From contig RQSC01000002.1 of the NCBI GenBank assembly GCA_013416795.1, forward strand, positions 554,808 through 618,807: 64,000 bases of DNA. The letters are read 5' to 3'. Shown here one piece after another: positions 55,974 through 64,000 of the stretch. How positions within the stretch are numbered: the first letter of the stretch is position 1; each line of letters begins with the position of its first letter. Source of the DNA: Prasinococcaceae sp. CCMP 1430 (lineage: Eukaryota > Plantae > Prasinodermophyta). The notes beneath the pieces were generated by a model. It ran no database searches. It saw nothing but the letters and a program-made list of their open reading frames with translations, and was not told the origin of the DNA. Both the position numbers and the translations under genes were made by a program.

Positions 55974-57272
55974 ATGGTGATGGTCCCCGTCGCGCAGGAG
56001 GTGCCCGGCGGCGACGGGGCGCCCGAGGCGGGGGGTTCCACCATGTGCGGCCCGGGCGAGGACAACTGCCTGCCCGAGGACGGTGGCACCGTGGTGCGCG
56101 ACGACCTCGATGCGCTGCTGGGCGTGCTTCCGGAGAGCATCCGCGAGCCGCTCGTGCGCCACCCCTTGCGCACGTCGCTGCTCGAGGTCGTGCTCGACCT
56201 CGGTCGCAAGCCCGAGGCGCGCTTCCTCGGCGTGGACGGAGGCGAGTTCCTGAGCGAGCACGAGATAACGGCCGCAGACCTCGAGGCGGCGGAAGCCGCG
56301 GTCGGCGAGTTCGGATCTGACAACCGCGCGGGCGTGACCGGCACGCTGCACCGCATCAGCGCGCTGCGCTCGAGGCGCGGCGCGCTCGTCGGGCTCACGT
56401 GTCGTGTGGGGCGCGCGGTCACAGGCCACGTCGACATGATCCGCGACATGCTCGCACAGAACGAGTCCATCCTCTTCCTGGGCGCCCCGGGCGTGGGCAA
56501 GACTACGGTCATCCGCGAGATGGCGCGCGTTCTCGCCGACCTGAGCAAGCGCGTGGTCATCGTGGACACCAGCAACGAGATCGGCGGGGACGGTGATGTG
56601 CCCCACCCCGCCATCGGCCGGGCGCGCCGCATGCAGGTCCCTGACCCGGCCGCCCAGCAGCACGTGATGGTTGAGGCAGTGCAAAATCATATGCCCGAGT
56701 GCATAGTAGTGGATGAGGTTGGCACGCAGGAGGAGGCGCTGGCGTGCCGCACCATAGCCGAGCGCGGCGTGCAGCTCGTGGCGACGGCCCACGGCCAGGT
56801 GCTGGAGAATGTGCTCAAAAACCCGACGCTCACCGAGCTGGTCGGCGGCGTGGCGCCGGTCACGCTGTCGGACGACGAGGCGCGCGCTCGTGGCACCCAG
56901 AAGACCATCCTCGAACGCAAGGGCCCGGTCACATTCACTGTGGTCATCGAGATGCGCGAGCGCAACCACTGGATCGTGCACCGCCCCAGCGATGACAGCG
57001 TGGACATGCTCCTGTGCGGCAAGCGCCCCATCGTCGAGTCGCGGACACGCAGCGAGAACGGCGAGATTTTCAGCCAGGAGGTGCCGTACGACAATGGGGA
57101 GCCCGCCGAGGAGAGCGCGCCCGCCGGGGCCGACCCGCGCTACTCGTGGGCCGACCAGCTGAGCGACGTCAGCGAGCGCGACGCCCTGTCGGAGCTTGCG
57201 CGCGCGGGCTACCTGGGCGGGCGCGGCGGGCCGGCCGGCATGGGGACGGGGAAGCGGGGGGGCAGGCGCTAG
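55974..57272 (+). CDS. ycf45: Ycf45 / SpoIIIAA-like ATPase, short paralogue
   Basis: EVVLDLGRKPEARF, DNRAG..TLHRIS, GAPGVGKTT, IVDTSNEIGGDGDVPHP, EAVQNHMP, ATAHG; start may lie upstream. Confidence 0.92.
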   Translation: MVMVPVAQEVPGGDGAPEAGGSTMCGPGEDNCLPEDGGTVVRDDLDALLGVLPESIREPLVRHPLRTSLLEVVLDLGRKPEARFLGVDGGEFLSEHEITAADLEAAEAAVGEFGSDNRAGVTGTLHRISALRSRRGALVGLTCRVGRAVTGHVDMIRDMLAQNESILFLGAPGVGKTTVIREMARVLADLSKRVVIVDTSNEIGGDGDVPHPAIGRARRMQVPDPAAQQHVMVEAVQNHMPECIVVDEVGTQEEALACRTIAERGVQLVATAHGQVLENVLKNPTLTELVGGVAPVTLSDDEARARGTQKTILERKGPVTFTVVIEMRERNHWIVHRPSDDSVDMLLCGKRPIVESRTRSENGEIFSQEVPYDNGEPAEESAPAGADPRYSWADQLSDVSERDALSELARAGYLGGRGGPAGMGTGKRGGRR

Positions 57273-57525
57273 CACCGCTGCCCACGACGACTCGACTTGG
57301 AGTTTTTTGCATTCATTCTTTTTGTTCATCATCGCCGTGCCTGCGTGCGCACACGTGTGCGCTTTCGATCTCGCAAGGGACGCCGTATTCCGCGACAGGA
57401 CGTGTATAAGGATAGCTTACAGTGACAACCGATGGTCGACCACGCGCGTGCGGCACGCGCAGCGCCTGCCCCTCACCAAGCGGCATCGAGCCCTCCGCGC
57501 CCCCTGTCCCCCCGCGAGCGTGTGC

Positions 57526-59623
57526 TCAGTGCACCGTTGCCACAGGGTGTCCATCGCGGCGACCAAGCACGCCCATGCGAAAGGTGGCGATGTTTTGCAG
57601 GTACTTGGGCACGCCAGCGCTCTCCATGGGCGCGAGCGACTCGTCGTCCATGCCAATGTTGAGCATGGCCTCGCGCGCATAGAAACGCGTGGTTTCTGAC
57701 TGCGCCTCGAGCAGCGGCTGCAGCGCCCGGATGCCACCCACCTCAGCGATGACGCTGCGGTACGATGGATCCTGACTGAGCTGCCGCAATGCCGCGGCAC
57801 AGAACGCCTGCGACTCGGCCTGGCCAGGCGCGAGTGCCTTGCCCTTCTTCCCCTTCTTGCCCTTCTTGCCCTTCTTCTTCTTTGACTTTTTCTTTTTGGA
57901 CTTCTCCTCGACAGGCGCTGCCCCCTGCTCGCCCCCCGGCTCGCCCCCCGACTCGCCCCCCGACTCGCCCCCCGGCTCGCCCCCCGGCTCGCCCCCCGGC
58001 TCGCCCTCCGGCTCGCGCCCGTAGGACAACAGCCGTGTGAGGGCTTCCACACCGCCCTGCTCGGCGACCGTCGCCATGCGCTGCTCGGCCTTGGACATTT
58101 TGGTGCGATCTGTGCCATCCGTGCCCAGATGCGGGCCATCATAGAAATTCGTCGCCCCGCCGAGCGGCACCTCGTGCACGCCAAGTGGCCCACGCTCGCG
58201 CGTGAGCTCGCTGCTGCCCAGCGCCCCCACCGCCGCGCCCGCGCCTACGTCGCTTTCCGCAGGACCGGCAGCATCGACCGTGCCCGGCGTGACGGGCCCA
58301 CCCTCGCCGATGCCCGCGCTGCCACGGCTCAGCGTGAGCTCTTGCATGCCCAGTGTGGTGGCCGTGGTGTCCTGGCGTCTCTCGGAGCGCAGCACCTCGA
58401 TGTACTCGCGCGCCTCGAGCGTAGTGGGGCTCACCAACAGGAAGAGACAAGCAGCGCCCGCCGCACGCCCGGGCAGCGACAAGGAGCGGTCGGCCACAGC
58501 GCGCACCACCGCATGCACGCCACCCGCGCGCAGGAGCCGCACCTTGCCCTCCTCGGACGCCATGGCGCGCTCCAAGCATACAAGCGACTGTTCGCGCAGC
58601 ATTGCCGGCAGCGTGGTCGCGGGCCCCGGCGGCGCGTCGGAAACGCCCTCGCCCTCCGTCGCGGTCGACTGCAATGCTTGCAGCGTCTGCAACAGCGACT
58701 CTACCGCATGCGCGCGACACGCGGCCTCGACTGCCGCCACGCGCGCGTCGCACCCCTCGCGGGCCGCCGCGGCAAGCAGCGAGGTCAAGAGGCGCGTTGC
58801 ATCCAATCGCGAGCGATCAGTCGCGCTCTTCTCCCCAGCGATCACGCGCGCAACGCGCGCCAGGCCCGCGTGGTTGTCCGCCTCGGCTGCCTTGTAGACA
58901 TTTTCCGCGACCACCTCCGCGCGCGTCTGCTCCGACATGGTGACCAACCACGAGAGCGCCGCGCTCTCTGCCGCCGCGCTGCGCGCCTGGAGCGTGCGGT
59001 AGAAAAGGCTGCAAAGCTCCTCGGGGTACACCTTCGGCTCAGCGATGTCGTCAGCACTGGCTAGTGCCGACAGCACGCCGATTAAAGCTGTGTTGTCCTG
59101 CGGCGCCTCGACAGCCGTGGCATCGCCGGCCAGGGCCACCTTGGCTGCCACCTCGCACGCGCCCAGTGCAACAATTTCTTTCCGCTTGCTCTCAGGCCCA
59201 GCGGCCGCCAGTTGCCAAAGAAACATAGCCGCGCGCGACCTCGAGATAGTGCATTCGATCTGCGCGAAAGAGTGTGACAGCGCGCGCAGGTGTTAGCTCA
59301 CTGACATAATACTGCAGAGAGAGACAGAGAGAGTCTCTGCCTTCCTTCGTCTCCGCTCCTCTTCTGCGCTTGTATGCGCACGCGCGCACGCACGCGCGCA
59401 CGAATCGCACGACGCACGCTCGTGCTGGCAAACGCTCGCTTACCTTGTTGAGCGAGCTCGGCCCACGAACGTTCTGTATGAGCTCATCAGGGTTGTTGGA
59501 GAGAGCCCAGAGCTCGTCGCTCATCCACGCGGGCTTCGCGACCTTCTCCTTCTTACCCTTCTTGCCGCCCTTCTTGCCGCCCTTGTTCCCCCCCTTCTTG
59601 CCGCCCTTCTTGCTTTTCGCCAT
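57526..59623 (-). CDS. Armadillo-repeat protein with Lys-rich patches (exons 59444-59623, 57526-59259)
   Basis: ARM-like segments LLRAGGVHAVV, AEQGGVEALTRLL, IAEVGGIRALQPLL, MESAGVP; MAKSKKGGKK N-terminus; GTAAGC..CAG intron in frame. Confidence 0.75.
57927..58016 (-). repeat. 12-nt coding tandem repeat (E[P/S]GG)
   Basis: ctcgccccccgg-type units x~7. Confidence 0.85.
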
Positions 59624-60207
59624 GGCTGCAAGCTGGCTCCCCCCGCCCAACCACCAGCCTGCCGCGACCCTCCTCGCCCCTTCCCGCGACGCTGCGCCCG
59701 GGACCAGGCACACGGCGGCCAAGTGCACGGCGCGTCTGCGCCTCGCGCACGCCAAGCGTCGCCTTCGCACCCCTCCGCCGCCGACCCGCCCGCGCGCCCG
59801 CGCGCGCTCTGGCGCACGAACGCGACGCACGCGGCCGCGGGGCGCCGCCTGCGCGTGTGCGCGCGCGCAGTGCATCGCCTCCCCCCTCCCTTCCTCCCGC
59901 CACGCCACGCCCCCCGACCCCACACCGCACCCTCACCCCGTCCAAAAAGGGTAACGCTGCTGCGCGGTTCCCCGGGCGCCGCAGCGGCGGGTCAACGTCC
60001 GTTGCGTTGCAAGCAAGGAGACGACCTCGGTCGACACGTGCAAAACCTGAATACCATCGTGCATATTTGAGGTTTAAAGTAGGGTTCAATGTGATTCTCA
60101 TGGCCTTCCGACCCTCTCTCTCCCTCTAGAGCTAGAGACCTCCCTCTTGAGCTACTCGAGCTAGCGCTAGCCAGTCCTGCTGCAGCTGGACGCCGCTGCC
60201 GCCCTCG

Positions 60208-61188
60208 TCACTTCCCGGCGACACCGAGCGTTGCCGCGAGTGCCTCGAGGACGTTGCCGCAGCCCACGGCACGGAAGTCGCGCGCCGCGGCGCGCGCGGC
60301 TCCCTCCGCGCTGCGCATCGCATCGAGGCGGGCCTGGGTGCTTGGGTGATCGAACAGGTACCCCCCCACGGTCCCGCCGGGCACTGCCTTGTGTATGGTC
60401 GCGAGGCCCAGCGCGGCGCGGTCGGGGCGGAAGCACGCCGAGGCCGCCAGCCTGAGGCCCAGTGCATCAGCCGCGTATTCGCTGGTGCGCTGGCGCGGCA
60501 ACTCGATGCCGAGATGCGCTGCAGCGCCCACCGCCGCCAGGAGTGCCGCCTCAGTAAGCAGCCCACCTGTGGGGTCGACAGCGGCGATGAATGCCATCTG
60601 GCACATGGCCGCCACGCCCACCGCATTCGCGTGCTCGCGGCCGTGATACAGCAGCAGGTGCGACAACTCATGCGCCAGGACGAAAGCAAGCTCAGCGTCG
60701 TTGGGCAGCGACTCTAGCAGCCCACGAGTGCAGAATATGGTGTTGCGAATTGCCGGCAGAACGAAAGCGTTGAGCTCCGGCGTGTCGAGCACGACAACTT
60801 GTACGGAGGAGCGCTTCGCGAGCGCGCGTAGCGAATCAGTCGTCAAAGATTGCATCGCGCGCTCATTCAGAGCAGGCTCGCTGACATTCTCAGCATCATG
60901 GTCCTTCGCTCGTGCCCGCTCGCGTATCTCGCGCACAGCTTGGCGCTTCGCCGCCCCGACGATACGCCCGGCCACGCGCTCGGCTCGCTGCTTCAACGGA
61001 TCAGTCGCGTCGAGCACCCCCGTTTCACTGTGGCCGCCTTGACGAAGCGCGGCCCACGCAGCGGCGTTGGCGTACGCCTGTGGGTCCTCCAGTACCTCGA
61101 ACGAACCGTGCGCGCGACCCGCTGCGAACGTGGTCAGCCCAAGGGCGACCGCCCGCATCCCGCGGCTGAGGCGCGGCGCCCACCGCAT
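60208..61188 (-). CDS. M48 metallopeptidase, OMA1-like, probably mitochondrial
   Basis: LNAFVLP, GLL..LPNDAELAFVLAHELSH, EYAADALG, DHPS..RL; Arg-rich presequence. Confidence 0.88.
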   Translation of the reverse strand: MRWAPRLSRGMRAVALGLTTFAAGRAHGSFEVLEDPQAYANAAAWAALRQGGHSETGVLDATDPLKQRAERVAGRIVGAAKRQAVREIRERARAKDHDAENVSEPALNERAMQSLTTDSLRALAKRSSVQVVVLDTPELNAFVLPAIRNTIFCTRGLLESLPNDAELAFVLAHELSHLLLYHGREHANAVGVAAMCQMAFIAAVDPTGGLLTEAALLAAVGAAAHLGIELPRQRTSEYAADALGLRLAASACFRPDRAALGLATIHKAVPGGTVGGYLFDHPSTQARLDAMRSAEGAARAAARDFRAVGCGNVLEALAATLGVAGK

Positions 61189-61621
61189 TGCAGTACGGGC
61201 TGTTTCACGATGTGACAGGCGTCCCACGGTGGCGCAGTGCCGCCTGGACCTCCCTTCCCCCCGCCTCCACCGACCAAGCGGGCGCGCCCGCCTACCCTTC
61301 AACGGCTCCGCCGCTGCCACAGCAGCAGCGGCATGTGGCGCGCGCCGCCGCCTCGAGGCCGTTCCCCCAGCAGACCACTAAATTGACGGATAACGCATCG
61401 ATTGCGCGCTTTTGCAACCGAAATAATCCCCCTCGCGACGTGACGGCCGCTCTGCGCACTCTGTGGCGCATTTACGAGATTTTGTTTTACAGATGTCGTC
61501 GTCGCCACAGACGCGCAGAGGCGGCGACAAGGGCAGCGTCGCTGCCCGCGTGCCGACGCTCGCACGCACGAGCACGCTTCCGAGCCCACACGCGTGCCCC
61601 TTGGCGCAGCGCGACCTGCCT

Positions 61622-63505
61622 CTACACGTTGAAGGGGTAGAGCACGCCCGAGTCGAGCTTGGGCAGCAGCGGCGGATTGCTGGGCAGGACGCCCGCGGGC
61701 GGGTCCTGCGCCATCGCCAGGGTCTCGAACGCGTGGGAGAGGTAGAAGTCCTCGCTCGCCCCCGCATCCGCCGCAGTCGCATCGGAGAAAGCCCAATCGC
61801 CATACGACCACACCATCCGCGCGTAGGCTACCTTGGCCTGCGGATCAGTCTGCGGGCCCTTCAGCGCCGTGAGCAGCTGCACCTTGAAGCCCACAGGCAT
61901 GTTGCGGCACGCGCGGTCGTTTTCGTTCCACGAGACGAGCGTGAGAGTTGGATCCTCCTCCAAGACCTCCACCCAGTCGGCGATGTTGTGGGCGTTGCTG
62001 TCGGCCCACGTGGCGACGTAAGTCTCCGCCGCGCCATCGAGGCCGAACCAGCCCGCGGCCAAGTCCTCACTCGGCGGAGGAACCACGTCGGTGGACAGGC
62101 CCTCGCACATGGTTCTGAGCTGGTCCAGCGTGAAGCTCATCTTGCACTGCGACACGGTCGAACCACCGAAGCGCACGGCCACCGAGGCGGAAGGGGAGCA
62201 CGCGCCGGTCTCGTCGGCGCCCGGGATGCGCAGGCCGCCGACGAATTGATCGACCGCCGTTCTCCCGTCTCCGGAAGGCGCCTGGGCTACAGCGCCGGCA
62301 AGAACGCTCGCACCCTCGTCGTAGCCGGGCATGCCGCTCGTGGGGCGCTCGATGCCTGGGCTGTTTGTATTCTCGAATGTAGCTGCGTATGTGACAGGCA
62401 CATAGACAGCGCTGCGCGTGACGCTCAGGACTTCAACGTCGACGGAGACCGCAGAGATTGCGCCATCGCTCGAGTAGCTGACGGTGTAGCTGACCGCAGA
62501 GACGGCGTTGGTGCACGTGGCTGCAACGGCATCGTACACGGGCGTGGGAATCGCTACCCCGCCAGCGAGATCCACAGGGTTGCGAGTGCCGTCCGTCGCG
62601 TCGATAACAGTCACCGAGCTGATGGTAACCTGCACGCGGTCTCCCGCCCCTCCGTTGGTCGCCAGGAAGAGCGATGTGAAAGAGGAAGCATCGAATGCGC
62701 CGCCCACGCCACAAGAACCTGCATTGAGCAGCCTCTCACACGCGGACGCGTGCGCGTCGTTCATGAAGCGCACGGGGCGCGCCCCCTCGACGCATGTCGC
62801 GCCGAACGCGGTACCCGGCAGCGCGAAGTTGCCGCCGCGCGGGGCGGGGACCGCTGTGTCCCGCGCCGCGCCGACAAAGGCCGGAATGGGGAGGCCGACC
62901 TTGAAGGTGATCGAGGCATCGGATTCCGCAGATTCCTCCGCAGCGCTGTCGGCGAACGCGGTAGAGCGCGCCGCAACCGCCGCGATGGTGTCCTCGGCGC
63001 CCTGCGTGGCCGTGTAGCCGTCCCCGGTCGGGTCGGAGAAGAAGCGCCCCAGCGAGGGGTTGTTGTCGGTGGTCACGCACAGCTGGTCGCTGAGGAAGTC
63101 GCCCGAGGAGGCGGCCTTATACACGACGCCGTAGTCTGAGCCGCCCAGGTTGACCTTGTGGAAGGTCGCCTGGTCGTTGCAGTACTCGATGCTCGGCGCG
63201 GGTGGGCCCTCGGCCTCGCAGCCGGCGCCCGTTGTGCAGTCGCACGAGAAGAGCCTCTCGAGCTCCTCCGCGGCGCAGTCGCTGTCGCAGCAGCAGTTGC
63301 CATCGCAGCCGCCTGCCGTGAGGTCGCACGCGCAGGTGTCGTCCCCCGTCACAGCCACCTCAGTCGGCTCGGGCGTAGCGCGCACATCATCCCAATTGAT
63401 GCCATACACTGCCGGCTGCGCCGCGCGAGCGTCGCTGAGGAGGAATGCGAGCGCGACGCCCGCCGCGAGCGCGCACGCGCACGGCAGCCAGCCGCGCCGC
63501 GCCAT
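61622..63505 (-). CDS. TCTN: Tectonic (ciliary transition-zone protein)
   Basis: Signal peptide, CACDLTAGGCDGNCCCDSDC, LCVTTDNNP, SGMPGY..G, C-terminal PKL...VLYPF. Confidence 0.92.
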   Translation of the reverse strand: MARRGWLPCACALAAGVALAFLLSDARAAQPAVYGINWDDVRATPEPTEVAVTGDDTCACDLTAGGCDGNCCCDSDCAAEELERLFSCDCTTGAGCEAEGPPAPSIEYCNDQATFHKVNLGGSDYGVVYKAASSGDFLSDQLCVTTDNNPSLGRFFSDPTGDGYTATQGAEDTIAAVAARSTAFADSAAEESAESDASITFKVGLPIPAFVGAARDTAVPAPRGGNFALPGTAFGATCVEGARPVRFMNDAHASACERLLNAGSCGVGGAFDASSFTSLFLATNGGAGDRVQVTISSVTVIDATDGTRNPVDLAGGVAIPTPVYDAVAATCTNAVSAVSYTVSYSSDGAISAVSVDVEVLSVTRSAVYVPVTYAATFENTNSPGIERPTSGMPGYDEGASVLAGAVAQAPSGDGRTAVDQFVGGLRIPGADETGACSPSASVAVRFGGSTVSQCKMSFTLDQLRTMCEGLSTDVVPPPSEDLAAGWFGLDGAAETYVATWADSNAHNIADWVEVLEEDPTLTLVSWNENDRACRNMPVGFKVQLLTALKGPQTDPQAKVAYARMVWSYGDWAFSDATAADAGASEDFYLSHAFETLAMAQDPPAGVLPSNPPLLPKLDSGVLYPFNV

Positions 63506-64000
63506 GGCTTCACCGCGTACTGCCGCGCGCCGGCGCACGCGCCCGCGCGCGCGCGCGCGCGCGCGAATTTTTGAAAAACGGGGAACCGCGGAGCGCCGTT
63601 CCGAAATGCCGAGCGCCTGAATTCATTCCGGGCAGGCGCCCTCCGCTCCCCCGCGCGCGAAATTCGCCCGCCGCAAAACTGCGGCCGCGCGGCGCAGTCC
63701 CCGGACCGCACCGCGCCGCCCACCCGAAGATAGGGTTTGTATGCACAAAGGGTTCATACACGTTCGTGTATATCACATCGGATGTACACTAGTTGTGTTG
63801 GAGAGGTTCAGGTTTGGTGCGAGCGCCGCCACCGGCCGCCCGCGTTCCCCGACCGAGCGCCTCCGCCGCTCCCTTGACCGAGCGAGGGCGAATGCATGAT
63901 GACGGTGATAACGGCCGACCCCACGCGTGCTCTCGTGATGAGTCTCGTCACCTGGTAGCGGGAAGCGAGCGCTGCACGCCGACGCTGGCTCCGATGGCTC

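Overview
Gene-dense, very GC-rich (about 70% by eye) eukaryotic nuclear DNA with short GT-AG introns. It is most consistent with a compact green-algal (prasinophyte-type) genome. Evidence for this: plastid-type genes (PPR protein, two Ycf45 paralogues, Lilium/ACHT-type thioredoxin, DUF1997, a thylakoid-lumen-type protein), UGUAA poly(A) signals and telobox-like motifs between genes. About 30 coding loci are supported. They include GH38 alpha-mannosidase, XRCC3, M28/M3/M48 peptidases, Sec23, RINT1-like, ferric reductase, SKIP31-like F-box, Nup58, SPT small subunit, NOL9, ISD11, CNX2, MAK kinase, a class II nucleotidyltransferase, an ARM protein and tectonic. No rRNA, tRNA, CRISPR array or transposase was recognised. 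The draft assembly is imperfect: N gaps, single-N joins flanked by duplicated or foreign fragments, and long homopolymers. Best leads: (i) same-strand, same-frame gene pairs separated by a single stop codon (SPT small subunit/NOL9; ISD11/small membrane ORF), which are bicistron or readthrough candidates; (ii) a candidate RRM + bacterial-type poly(A) polymerase + DCL(DUF3223)-like fusion; (iii) a head-to-head DUF3303 paralogue pair differing by one intron; (iv) repeated apparent +1 frame offsets at gene 5' ends. All family assignments come from recalled motifs, not from database searches.
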